The notes beneath the pieces were generated by a model. It was not told where the DNA came from, searched no databases, and worked only from the letters and a program-made list of their open reading frames with translations. Of a stretch of 53,752 nt of DNA, positions 22,140-33,819 are shown in pieces. Each line of letters opens with the position of its first letter. Positions within the stretch are counted from its first letter, which is position 1. The DNA comes from Candidatus Thioglobus sp. Its GTDB lineage: Bacteria > Pseudomonadota > Gammaproteobacteria > PS1 > Pseudothioglobaceae. Location of the stretch: positions 1 to 53,752 of the forward strand of contig DTUI01000091.1 in assembly GCA_012964205.1 (NCBI GenBank), in the 5' to 3' direction. A program made the translations under genes and the position numbers.

Positions 22140-22173
22140 ATATAAACAGAGTTATCCACAGTTTTGTGAGTAA
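22140..22173. promoter_or_regulatory. DnaA-box cluster (one perfect box, one inverted degenerate box, one weak tandem box)
   Basis: TTATCCACA at 22152-22160; TGTGAGTAA at 22165-22173 in opposite orientation; ATATAAACA at 22140-22148. Confidence 0.65.
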
Positions 22174-22210
22174 CTCTAGTTGGTGTTGATTTAACACTGT
22201 TTTTAGGCGT

Positions 22211-23404
22211 TTATAAGAATTCTTTAATGAAGATTTTTAGAATTTTATCCGCAATTTTAATTTTGCTATTTTTGCTGATATTTTGCTGTTGATTTTGACT
22301 GATGAAAACCACTTGATTGTCGTCATTATTGAAGCCAATTTCAGCATTGGAAACATCATTAGCAATAATGACATCACAAGCCTTGTTTTTTAGCTTATTT
22401 ATAGCGTTTTTTAAGGTATTTTGTGTTTCTGCAGCAAAGCCAATGCACAGGGGTTTGTTGCTCAGTTTGCATACATCCAGCAAGATGTCTTTATTCGGGG
22501 TTAATTCTAGAATTAAGCTATCATCAGATTTTTTAATTTTTTGAATAGTTGGATTTTTGACTCGATAATCACTAACCGCAGCAACAGCAATAAATATTTG
22601 TTGCTGATCAATATGCTTCATGACACACTCATGCATTTGATCTGCACTAAGTGTTTGGATGTTAATTGCTTTATCGTTTAAAGGAGTGGTGATATTTGCA
22701 TAAACACAAGTTACTTTAGCACCCATTTCAATGCAACGATTAACTAAGGCCATGCCCATTTTCCCACTAGAGTGGTTAGAAATATATCTAACAGGATCGA
22801 TCGGCTCCATAGTGGCACCAAGTGTAATCAAAACATTTTTCCCGCTTAATTCAGTCGTTTTGAATTGCTTGGCAACTTGATCGGCAATATCAGTAGAATC
22901 TGGCAGTCGCCCTAGGCCAATATCACCGCAAGCCTGTACACCTGAATCTGGTGTAATGATAGCTGTCTGGCGTGAGGTTAGAGTGGCTAAGTTATTCTGA
23001 AGTGCAACAGCTTGATACATTTGTTGGTTCATTGCTGGTGCAATCATTAGCTTGGCGGTACTGGCCAATACGACACTGGTTAGTAAATCACAAGCTTTGC
23101 CGCTTGCGATATTGGCAATAGTGTTGGCACTTGCTGGCGCTATTAAAATTAAATCAGCCCACTTTGCAAGCTCAATATGTCCCATGGACAATTCAGCGTC
23201 TTTATCCCATAAGTTGTGATGAACTTTATGTTTGGAGATGGCTTGAAGTGACAATTCAGTTATAAATTTAGCACCACCTGTTGTTAAAATCACGCGCACT
23301 TCAGCACCAAAATCTTGCAATCGTCTAATAATATCAGGTGACTTATAAGCAGATATAGAGCCACTTATGGCTAATATGATATTCTTATTGGTTAGGCTGC
23401 TCAT
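22211..23404 (-). CDS. coaBC: Bifunctional phosphopantothenoylcysteine decarboxylase/synthase
   Basis: GSISAYK, HIELAKWAD, PAMN, QACGDIG, PIDPVRYISNHSSGKMG, GFAAET. Confidence 0.96.
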   Translation of the reverse strand: MSSLTNKNIILAISGSISAYKSPDIIRRLQDFGAEVRVILTTGGAKFITELSLQAISKHKVHHNLWDKDAELSMGHIELAKWADLILIAPASANTIANIASGKACDLLTSVVLASTAKLMIAPAMNQQMYQAVALQNNLATLTSRQTAIITPDSGVQACGDIGLGRLPDSTDIADQVAKQFKTTELSGKNVLITLGATMEPIDPVRYISNHSSGKMGMALVNRCIEMGAKVTCVYANITTPLNDKAINIQTLSADQMHECVMKHIDQQQIFIAVAAVSDYRVKNPTIQKIKKSDDSLILELTPNKDILLDVCKLSNKPLCIGFAAETQNTLKNAINKLKNKACDVIIANDVSNAEIGFNNDDNQVVFISQNQQQNISKNSKIKIADKILKIFIKEFL

Positions 23405-24450
23405 TATTTAATTGTAGCAGTAATGCGTATGTCGTCACCCACCATGCGTAAATCACTAATATTTAGACTTAGCTTGTCTTCCATATTATCAATCGGTAAC
23501 TGGATCATTGATTTGGCGTTGCTGCCCATTAGAATGGGTGCCGTATAAATAATAAATTCATCGATCAACTTACTTTCAATCATAGCGCCGATAAGACCTG
23601 GGCCTGCTTCTAGCAAGACTGAACCAATACCCTGATTGCCAAGTTGCTGTAGAACATCGTTTAAGTCAAGCTTTCCATTGTCGTCTAATTTTGTATTACT
23701 AGTATTAAACACTTGAGTTGGAGCATTGTCTGAAAAAATATTAAGAGCAGTATCTGTAATTTGATGCTTGCCATCAATCACAATTCTTAGCGGTGAAAAA
23801 TCAACGCCGTCTTGACGTAGTGTCATTGATGGATTGTCCGCAAGTATTGTGCCAGATCCAGTCATAATGGCTTGATGTGTACTCCTAAGTTTTTGCACAT
23901 CTTTTCTGGCATTTTCACCTGTAATCCACTTACTTTCACCTGAGCTCATAGATGTTTTTCCATCAAGGCTTGTGGCAATTTTGCAAGTAACAAAAGGACG
24001 TCCATACTTCATGCGTGTCATAAAGCCACGATTAAGCGTAACAGCTTGATCTTCTAACAGTCCAACCTGCACAATGATGCCAGCAGCTTCAAGCATAGAA
24101 ACACCTTGTCCAGAAACCAAAGGATTGGGATCGAGAGTTGCAATGATAACTTTACTGGCACCTGAATTGATAATTGCCTGAGCACATGGTGGTGTTTTCC
24201 CTTGATGTGAGCAGGGCTCTAATGTGACATATAACGTAGCATCATCAGCTTGATGATTGATTTGATCCAAGGCGTTAATTTCAGCGTGAGCATCACCAAA
24301 AATTTGATGATAACCTTGAGTAATTATTTTTCCATTTTTTTCAATCACACAGCCGACCATCGGATTAGCACCAACGCCATGCATACCAAGCCTTGCAAGC
24401 TTGAGCGCCAAGTCCATATTTTGAGTGTCGTTTATTGAAAAAGTTGCCAC
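23404..24450 (-). CDS. ribD: Riboflavin biosynthesis deaminase/reductase RibD
   Basis: [18 protein letters not shown] zinc motif, SLDGK, ESKWIT; GTG start. Confidence 0.96.
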   Translation of the reverse strand: MATFSINDTQNMDLALKLARLGMHGVGANPMVGCVIEKNGKIITQGYHQIFGDAHAEINALDQINHQADDATLYVTLEPCSHQGKTPPCAQAIINSGASKVIIATLDPNPLVSGQGVSMLEAAGIIVQVGLLEDQAVTLNRGFMTRMKYGRPFVTCKIATSLDGKTSMSSGESKWITGENARKDVQKLRSTHQAIMTGSGTILADNPSMTLRQDGVDFSPLRIVIDGKHQITDTALNIFSDNAPTQVFNTSNTKLDDNGKLDLNDVLQQLGNQGIGSVLLEAGPGLIGAMIESKLIDEFIIYTAPILMGSNAKSMIQLPIDNMEDKLSLNISDLRMVGDDIRITATIK

Positions 24451-24507
24451 AATATTTCAGATATAATTGTCAAATTAATTAATCATATTTTACCCGGGAG
24501 TAATGAC

Positions 24508-25512
24508 ATGGATGAACAGAAAAAACAAGCACTTAAGGTGGCTTTAGCACAGATCGATAAGCAGTTTGGCAAGGGTTCAGTTATGTTTTTGGGTGATGAA
24601 GGCGCTCATGTAGATATCGAAGCTGTTTCTACGGGTAGTTTGAGTTTGGATGTGGCACTTGGTATTGGTGGCTTGCCAAGAGGTAGGGTGATTGAAATTT
24701 ACGGCCCTGAATCTTCTGGTAAGACAACATTAACACTACATGTTATTGCTGAGATGCAAAAATTAGGCGGCACTGCAGCATTTATTGATGCAGAACATGC
24801 GCTAGATCCTCGGTATGCTAAACGTTTAGGGGTTGATACTGATGAGTTGTTAATCTCTCAGCCAGATACTGGTGAGCAAGCGTTAGAGATTACCGATATG
24901 TTAGTGCGTTCTGGCAGTGTTGATATTATCGTTATTGACTCGGTTGCTGCGTTGACGCCAAAAGCAGAAATTGAAGGTGAAATGGGCGCATCACACATGG
25001 GCTTGCAAGCGCGACTAATGTCTCAAGCGCTTAGAAAGCTAACCTCAAATATTAAGAAAACTAATACTATGGTGATTTTCATTAACCAGCTACGTATGAA
25101 GATTGGCGTTATGTTCGGTAATCCTGAAACCACAACGGGTGGTAATGCACTGAAGTTTTATGCTTCGGTACGTCTTGATATTCGTCGTATTGGTGCGATT
25201 AAAAAAGGCGATGAAATTTTAGGTAATGAAACACGTGTTAAAGTATTGAAAAATAAAGTTGCACCACCTTTCAAGCAGGCTGAATTTCAGATCCTTTATA
25301 ACGAGGGCATTTCTCTTGAAAGTGAAATTATTGATCTTGGTGTTAAGCACGGCTTTGTGGAAAAAGCAGGTGCTTGGTACAGTATTGAAGGTGAGCGAAT
25401 TGGCCAAGGTAAGGATAATGCAAGAGATTACTTAAAAGAGCATACTGAGTTAAGTCAAAGAGTCGAAGCTAAAATTCGTGAAAAACTTATGAGCGGTAGT
25501 GACGACAGCTGA
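24508..25512 (+). CDS. recA: Recombinase RecA
   Basis: [23 protein letters not shown]. Confidence 0.99.
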   Translation: MDEQKKQALKVALAQIDKQFGKGSVMFLGDEGAHVDIEAVSTGSLSLDVALGIGGLPRGRVIEIYGPESSGKTTLTLHVIAEMQKLGGTAAFIDAEHALDPRYAKRLGVDTDELLISQPDTGEQALEITDMLVRSGSVDIIVIDSVAALTPKAEIEGEMGASHMGLQARLMSQALRKLTSNIKKTNTMVIFINQLRMKIGVMFGNPETTTGGNALKFYASVRLDIRRIGAIKKGDEILGNETRVKVLKNKVAPPFKQAEFQILYNEGISLESEIIDLGVKHGFVEKAGAWYSIEGERIGQGKDNARDYLKEHTELSQRVEAKIREKLMSGSDDS

Positions 25513-25930
25513 TAAGCAAAAATGTTATGCAGCTGCAATGCGCATGCTGGTCAGGCGCGAACACTCAGTTTTTGAATTAACGCAAAAGCTGAGTACTAAA
25601 GAATTTGAGCAAGACGATATCGAAGCATCGATCGAAACTTTAATAGAGCAGAACTACCAAAGTGATGATCGATTTTCAGCTGATTTTATTCAAATGCGCT
25701 TTAATCAAGGCAAGGGTCCAATTAAAATTAGTGTCGATTTAAAGCAACGCGGCATTACACAATTTGATTTATCTGACTATGATTTTTACACATTAGCACG
25801 GCAGATACGTGAGCGTAAATTTGGCCAAGAGGCGCCAACTGACTTCACACAAAAAGCCAAGCAACAGCGTTTTTTACAATCAAGAGGATTTAATTTTGAG
25901 CACATTAGCGAATCATTTAAAACCGCATAA
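25499..25930 (+). CDS. recX: Regulatory protein RecX
   Basis: [23 protein letters not shown]; overlaps the recA 3' end. Confidence 0.92.
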   Translation: MTTADKQKCYAAAMRMLVRREHSVFELTQKLSTKEFEQDDIEASIETLIEQNYQSDDRFSADFIQMRFNQGKGPIKISVDLKQRGITQFDLSDYDFYTLARQIRERKFGQEAPTDFTQKAKQQRFLQSRGFNFEHISESFKTA

Positions 25931-25940
25931 ATTATTATCT

Positions 25941-26300
25941 ATGCGTTCGCCGCTATATATTAAATATCCGAATGGAGAAGTGCGTGTTATTGAAAACTTA
26001 TTTCAACATCCTCAAGGCGTACTCTATTTTGAGATTTTTTGGGAAAAAGACCCCACTTACAGCATTCATCTGATCGAAGGTGAAATCACTGGTGATGGTC
26101 CTTGGAAGGTAGGCGACTGCTCATTCCATATTTTAGGTTGTAATCATACGCATCCACAAATGTGTGAAATGCATTCTTTTTGGCAGCAAGAATTATTGCA
26201 AAATCCAGCTCAATTCCGTGGCAATGAAATTGTAGAAATAGCACTAGAAAAAGGCGCTATCGTACCTAAAGATCACCCAATGAACGATGCACGGTACTGA
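25941..26300 (+). CDS. Hypothetical protein with Cys/His cluster
   Basis: Fills the gap between recX and the ABC gene; likely start ATG 25941 (119 aa); contains HPQG..GDGPWKVG and CNHTHPQMCEMH. Confidence 0.75.
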   Translation: MRSPLYIKYPNGEVRVIENLFQHPQGVLYFEIFWEKDPTYSIHLIEGEITGDGPWKVGDCSFHILGCNHTHPQMCEMHSFWQQELLQNPAQFRGNEIVEIALEKGAIVPKDHPMNDARY

Positions 26301-28074
26301 AAAACCAACACAAGCTTACGACTTTAAAACTCAAGATATAAAGGTTTTAAAGAAGTTATTGCCATATCTTCTGGAAATGCGTGCTCGAGTTATTTTAGCT
26401 ACTATTTTCTTGATCTCTGCCAAGCTGGCTAATGTTGCCGTTCCTGTGGTTCTTAAAGAAATCGTAGATGGTCTAGATCAAACTAATGTTGTGTTAATAT
26501 TGCCATTGGGCTTGCTCTTTGCTTATGGAATGTTAAGATTGTCTAGCTCATTATTTAATGAACTTAGAGATGCTATTTTTGCCAAAGTTCGCTACCATGC
26601 CATGCATTTGATCGCACTTGGTGTGTTTAAACATTTACATACACTTGACTTGTCTTTTCATTTAGATAGAAGAATTGGCGGTATTACCCGAGATATCGAT
26701 CGAGGTACGCAAAGTGTCTCTACGTTGCTGTCCATTTTTGTATTTAATATCTTGCCTTCATTTTTTGAAATTTGCTTAGTTATTGGTTTATTGTGGATTA
26801 ACTACGATGTTTTTTTTGCAGGTATTTCATTGGCAACAGTTGTGTTTTATATTGGTTTAACGCTTGCGATTACAACTTGGCGCATGAAGTATCGTTATCA
26901 AATGAATGACATGCAGTCAGAAGCAAATACCCATGCAGTCGATAGCTTAATTAACTATGAAACGGTTAAATATTTTAATCAAGAAGAGTTTGAAGTTAAG
27001 CGCTATGAAGACACTATGACGCGCTGGGAGAATGTTGCTACCAAGAGTTTCACTTCAATGACGGCGCTTAATTTTGTTCAAGGGGCGGTCATTGCTGTTG
27101 GTGTAACTATGGTTTTGATTATGGCTGCCGAAGGGGTTGTGGCACAACAATTAAGCTTAGGCGACATGATCATGATTCAGGCGCTATTATTGCAATTATT
27201 TATGCCGTTGGGATCACTAGGTATTGTCTATCGACAAATCAAACACAACTTTATTGACATGAATAACATGTTTAATTTACTTGATAAAAAACCAAAAATT
27301 AAGAGTGATAAGAACGCACCATTACTTAAGGTTGACCAAGGAAAAATCGAGTTTAAGAATGTTACATTTGCATATTCTGGCAAAGAATCAGTATTGAAAG
27401 ATATCAGTTTTGATATTAGCCCTGGACAAAAGGTGGCCATTGTTGGCGCTTCAGGCTCTGGAAAATCAACCTTGGCAAAACTTCTGTTTAGATTTTATGA
27501 TGTTGAGTCTGGTGAAATTTTAATTGATGGTCAAAATATTAAACAGTTAGATCTAAGTTCGGTCCAGAAAGCTATGGGTGTTGTACCCCAAGATACGGTC
27601 ATGTTTAATGAGAGTATCTATTACAACATTGCTTATGGCAAGCAAGGTGCTACTAGCGATGAAGTAAAAACAGCTGCTAAACTAGCCTTTATCGATCAAT
27701 TTATTGAGCAATTGCCACAAGGGTATGATTCGCGTGTTGGCGAGCGTGGGCTTAAGCTTTCTGGCGGAGAGAAGCAGCGCTTGGCAATTGCTAGGGTGCT
27801 GTTAAAAAATCCACCTATTTTGATTTTTGATGAGGCCACCTCAGCACTAGATTCATATTCTGAACAAATGGTGCAGAGGGCGTTAAATTCAGTTAGTCAG
27901 CAGCATACAACGCTGGTAATTGCTCATCGATTATCTACTATTGTTGATAGTGATAAAATTATAGTTTTAGGAAATGGTGGCATACAAGAGAGTGGCTCAC
28001 ACGAAGAGCTGTTAAAGGCTCAGGGCGAATACGCCAAACTTTGGGATTTACAAATTGATTCTCAGCATTCTTGA
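26287..28074 (+). CDS. ABCB half-transporter, Atm1/HMT1 family
   Basis: TM domain with FHLDRRIGG and AVDSLINYETVKYF; Walker A GASGSGKST; signature LSGGEKQR; DEATSALD. Confidence 0.9.
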   Translation: MHGTEKPTQAYDFKTQDIKVLKKLLPYLLEMRARVILATIFLISAKLANVAVPVVLKEIVDGLDQTNVVLILPLGLLFAYGMLRLSSSLFNELRDAIFAKVRYHAMHLIALGVFKHLHTLDLSFHLDRRIGGITRDIDRGTQSVSTLLSIFVFNILPSFFEICLVIGLLWINYDVFFAGISLATVVFYIGLTLAITTWRMKYRYQMNDMQSEANTHAVDSLINYETVKYFNQEEFEVKRYEDTMTRWENVATKSFTSMTALNFVQGAVIAVGVTMVLIMAAEGVVAQQLSLGDMIMIQALLLQLFMPLGSLGIVYRQIKHNFIDMNNMFNLLDKKPKIKSDKNAPLLKVDQGKIEFKNVTFAYSGKESVLKDISFDISPGQKVAIVGASGSGKSTLAKLLFRFYDVESGEILIDGQNIKQLDLSSVQKAMGVVPQDTVMFNESIYYNIAYGKQGATSDEVKTAAKLAFIDQFIEQLPQGYDSRVGERGLKLSGGEKQRLAIARVLLKNPPILIFDEATSALDSYSEQMVQRALNSVSQQHTTLVIAHRLSTIVDSDKIIVLGNGGIQESGSHEELLKAQGEYAKLWDLQIDSQHS

Positions 28075-29546
<1,472 letters not shown>

Positions 29547-29570
<24 letters not shown>

Positions 29571-31397
29571 CTGCTTGTTAAAATAAACATCAAGCACTTC
29601 ACGTGCTAGCGGCGCTGCTTTTGAACTGCCACTACCGGCATTTTCCACAATAATAGCAATAGCAATTTCTGGATTGTTAATGGGTGCAAAGCCAGTGAAT
29701 AGGGCATGATCTCTAAGCTTTTCTTCGTATTTTTCTGCAATATATTGCTCCTCAGGGTCTAGTCCAAAGACTTGAGCTGTTCCTGTTTTTCCTGCAAGTG
29801 TATAAGTTAAGCCTTTATTGAGTCGTCTAGCTGTACCCTTGGGTGCGTAAATTGTCATTTTCATACCCTCAATAACATCTTCCCAATTATGAATGTCTTT
29901 AATAGGTATTTGTTTACTGCGTTTATTATCAATGGTAATGATGGAATCGCCTGGTGATTGAGTAGCTTTGAGAAGGGTTGGCTGGAATATTTCACCTTTA
30001 TTAGCAAGTGCGGCAGTGGCAACAGCAAGTTGTAATGGGCTAGATGTCATAAATCCCTGGCCAATGCCGGCAATGAGTGTTTCTCCTCGATACCAAGGCT
30101 CATTTCGATTGATTTTTTTCCAAGATTTTGAAGGCATGATGCCACCTTGTTCACCCGGGATATCAATGCCTGTTTTACGCCCAAAGTTAAATAGATCTAG
30201 ATTATCATGTAATTTATCAATACCCATTTTGTTGGCTAGATCGTAAAAAAATACATCACAAGATTGGGCGAGTGAATCTTTTACATCGACATGACCATGT
30301 CCAGTGCGTTTCCAGTCGTTAAACTTTCTTTTGACATTAGGTAGTTTGTAATAGCCTGGGCAAAATGTCTTACTTTCATTGGTAATAACTCCCTCTTCAA
30401 GGCCTGCTAATGCAACCATTGGCTTGACAGTCGATCCAGGCGGATAAAGCCCTTGAACCGCTCGATTTAACTGAGGAATGTCTTTGGAATTTCGTAGTTG
30501 ATTGTAATTAGCATGAGATATTCCATTTACAAACCAGTTAGGATTGTAAATAGGGGTGCTAACTAAGGTTAATACTTCGCCATTACGCACATCGACAACT
30601 ACAATAGAGCCACGTTTTCCTTTGAGTGCAGATTCAGCTTTTTTCTGCATATCCAAATCAAGACTTAGGTATAAATTTTTTCCAGCGGTGGCAGGGGTAA
30701 TTATTTTTGTATCAACAACACGACCACTAACATTACGCTCTATTTGTTTAATGCCGGTACGTCCATGTAGGAGGTTTTCATATTGTTTTTCAATGCCAAC
30801 CTTGCCCACAAATAAAGTGCCGGAATAATTCTCTTTATCGTATAGTAGCGACTCTTTTTTATTCATTCTAGAGACGTAGCCAAGTGCATGCACACTAGAA
30901 GATTCATGCGGATAAACTCGATGAAAATAAGACTCAATATCAACACCTGGAAACTGATTGCTAACCAAAAATTGAGCTACTTTGGCCTTACTCAGATTAT
31001 GCTTAATGGGGATATTATGGAATTTTAGAAAACGCTTTCTTTTTTTATAATAAGCCTTAATGTCATTTTCATTAATAAAATTAAGCCGCTCAAGTTGAAG
31101 AAGTGTCTTGCTGATATTATCAACTTTTTCAGGAGTAAGGGTTAGTTGGTAGGTAAGTAGGTTGGTTGCCAATAAAATACCGTTTCGATCGTAAATCTTA
31201 CCTCTATTAGGTGTAATGGGCAAGCTACGCATTTGATTACCAAGTGCCTCTTCTTGATAAAACTCATGATTCACAACTTGCAGATTATAAATACGTACCA
31301 GTAACACCGATGTAAGTAGGAAAATAAATATTAAGGCCAGCTTTAATCGTGAAGATAGGAGTGAGTTTTCAAGCTGAGTGTTACTAATACTATCCAT
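29547..31397 (-). CDS. mrdA: Penicillin-binding protein 2
   Basis: RGKIYDRNG; SxxK (GSTVKP), SxD (SCD) and KTGT motifs; follows mreBCD. Confidence 0.95.
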
Positions 31398-31399
31398 GC

Positions 31400-31870
31400 T
31401 TATTGATGCTTACATTTACCTAGAAAATAACGCACTACAGGCCAGGCAATAGCACTTGTTAATGGAGTTAATAGTAAGTAGTAGTTGTCATTAAAGCCGT
31501 GTACTAATAAATGAATAGAAAAGAAAAAACTAAAATAAATGCCACTTGCTAGAAAAATATAAACCTGTTGAGTGCTTAAATTGGACACATAAAAAGATTG
31601 CTTAACATTGCTAATAAATAAACTGGCCAAAATCAGTGCCAAAGCATTTTGACCAAGAATATCCCCTTGTAATATGTCTAATATTACGCCTAAGATTAAT
31701 GCGATAAAAAGACTACCCTTGACTGGAAAGTAAACTAGCCAATAGCTAAACAATAAAAACATCCAAAAAGGGGAAGCATCTAGAATGGTTTCATTAAGAG
31801 GCAGGGCGCTAAGAATGAGAGAAAATAAGGTTATCTTCAACAAGAAGAAATATGGTCTCTGAGTAGTCAT
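31400..31870 (-). CDS. mreD: Rod shape-determining protein MreD
   Basis: Hydrophobic; GVILDILQGDILGQNAL; position in the operon. Confidence 0.9.
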   Translation of the reverse strand: MTTQRPYFFLLKITLFSLILSALPLNETILDASPFWMFLLFSYWLVYFPVKGSLFIALILGVILDILQGDILGQNALALILASLFISNVKQSFYVSNLSTQQVYIFLASGIYFSFFFSIHLLVHGFNDNYYLLLTPLTSAIAWPVVRYFLGKCKHQ

Positions 31871-32664
31871 TGCTCCTCCAAAATGATCACAAATTCTAGA
31901 TTTTGAGTTTGCTGAATAGGCTCTAATACAATATGCAAGAAAGATTCATCTGTATGTTGCTCAACATGAATAACCTTTCCTAATGGATATCCGTTAGGGA
32001 ACTTCCCACCCAGTGCACTACTAAGAAATATGTCATCAATTTGAATATCTAAATCAGACTCAATAAACTTAATTCGGATCAAAAATTGATTTTCAGCCAC
32101 ACCCTGACTAACACCTTGAATACCATTTCTAGCATTCTTAACAGGGATATGTTGGGTTGGGTCGCTCGCCATTAAGATGCTAGCATTGGTAGGGGTTACT
32201 TGTGTAATTTGACCAATAATGCCATTAGCGCCCAAGGCTATTTGACCAACTTTCAGGTGATCGTTACTACCCTTGTTAATGGTGATTTGTTTTTTTAATC
32301 GGGAGCGACTCACTTGTTCAATTCGAGCTATGGTAAATGTGTTTTGATCAAGTGTGTAGCTTGACTCAAGTAGAGTATTAAGTTTTTTGTTTTCTAAAAT
32401 TAATGCATCTCTTTGTTGCAGCCTTACCTGAAGCTTTAGTAGCTCAGAGTTAAGGTTTTGATTGTTATTTAGAAGTTGATCTTTGGAGGTTCCTTGCTCA
32501 TCAATCCAAGTGTAAAGCTTGCCTGGCAAGCTGACGACCATATAAATGGGAGAGATTGCTGTTGCAACACTTTGTCTTAGTTGGTTGAGGTAAGAAAACT
32601 TATAGTCGAACAGAATTAGAAATATGGCGACAATAATCGGGATAAAAATTTTAAGAAAATTCAT
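31867..32664 (-). CDS. mreC: Rod shape-determining protein MreC
   Basis: TM plus coiled coil, INKGS, SALGGKFPNGYPLG. Confidence 0.93.
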   Translation of the reverse strand: MNFLKIFIPIIVAIFLILFDYKFSYLNQLRQSVATAISPIYMVVSLPGKLYTWIDEQGTSKDQLLNNNQNLNSELLKLQVRLQQRDALILENKKLNTLLESSYTLDQNTFTIARIEQVSRSRLKKQITINKGSNDHLKVGQIALGANGIIGQITQVTPTNASILMASDPTQHIPVKNARNGIQGVSQGVAENQFLIRIKFIESDLDIQIDDIFLSSALGGKFPNGYPLGKVIHVEQHTDESFLHIVLEPIQQTQNLEFVIILEEQ

Positions 32665-32696
32665 TATCTCTTACCCTGATTGAATGACGAATTTAT

Positions 32697-33728
32697 TTAT
32701 TCGGCTGCCAAGAATCCCATGTTGTGCTTGCTAATCATATCAAGCGCAACACCACCACCACGCGCAACACAGGTTAACGGATCATCAGCAACTCGTACTG
32801 GTAGATTTGTCTCCTGGTTGATAAGCTTATCAAGACCATCTAGCAAGGCGCCACCACCTGTAAGTACCAAGCCATTTTCAGCAATATCAGAGCTTAACTC
32901 AGGTGGTGTTTTTTCTAGTGCAGTTCTGACCGAGCTAAGAATGGTTTTTAATGGCTCTTGTAGAGCACCTAGTATTTCAGTATTGGTAATTTCAAAACTT
33001 ACTGGAATACCTTTTGCAACATCTCTACCTCTGAATTCGATTTTTTTAACAACATTGGTTTTAAAAGCTGAACCCACCTCTTCTTTAATTTGCTCTGCAG
33101 TAGCAGGGCCAATAATAATGCCGTGTTCGCGACGAACAAATCTAACGATAGTATCATCAAATACATCACCACCTACACGCAATGAATCAGAATAAACAAT
33201 ACCATTTAAAGACATGATAGCAATTTCTGTTGTGCCACCACCAATATCAATAACCATAGCGCCTGATGCTTCTTCAATAGCCATGCCAGCACCTAGTGCG
33301 GCAGCCATCGGCTCTTCAATTAAGTAGACGTCACGTGCACCTGCGCCAACGGCGCTTTCTTTAATAGCACGACGCTCAACTTGAGTGGCGCCACAAGGAA
33401 CACAAATCAAAACCTTTGGGCTGGGTGAGAAAAAACCCGAACGCAACACTTTGCGAATGAAATGTTGTAGCATTTTTTCAGTGACTTTAAAATCAGCAAT
33501 TACACCATCTTTCATTGGTCGAATAGCTTCAATTGATCCAGGCGTTCTGCCCAGCATGTTTTTAGCATCTTGACCCACTGCAATAACCGTGGCTTCCATT
33601 GAGCCTTTATCCTGGCGAATGGCAACTACTGAAGGCTCGTTTAAAACAACCTGGCCATCCATGTGAATTAGCGTATTAGCAGTGCCTAAATCAATTGAAA
33701 GGCTTTGAGCTTTAAAAAAATCAAACAT
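32697..33728 (-). CDS. mreB: Rod shape-determining protein MreB
   Basis: [32 protein letters not shown]. Confidence 0.98.
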   Translation of the reverse strand: MFDFFKAQSLSIDLGTANTLIHMDGQVVLNEPSVVAIRQDKGSMEATVIAVGQDAKNMLGRTPGSIEAIRPMKDGVIADFKVTEKMLQHFIRKVLRSGFFSPSPKVLICVPCGATQVERRAIKESAVGAGARDVYLIEEPMAAALGAGMAIEEASGAMVIDIGGGTTEIAIMSLNGIVYSDSLRVGGDVFDDTIVRFVRREHGIIIGPATAEQIKEEVGSAFKTNVVKKIEFRGRDVAKGIPVSFEITNTEILGALQEPLKTILSSVRTALEKTPPELSSDIAENGLVLTGGGALLDGLDKLINQETNLPVRVADDPLTCVARGGGVALDMISKHNMGFLAAE

Positions 33729-33819
33729 AAAAATTCCTGATTAATTATTGATGAAATAAAGAGATATAATACTATAAATAATTGGCAAAAAATACAACAA
33801 TCATCGGAGTAATTTCAAT

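Noticed and set aside
21866-22210. oriC call
   Set aside because: Only one perfect DnaA box, no dnaA/gidA/rpmH context and no visible strand-bias switch; kept as a DARS-like candidate instead.
25809-25940. 44-aa N-terminal extension of the hypothetical protein
   Set aside because: Overlaps recX in another frame; ATG 25941 fits better.
32680-33195. 171-aa plus-strand ORF
   Set aside because: Almost entirely antisense to mreB, with Ser/Pro-rich shadow composition.
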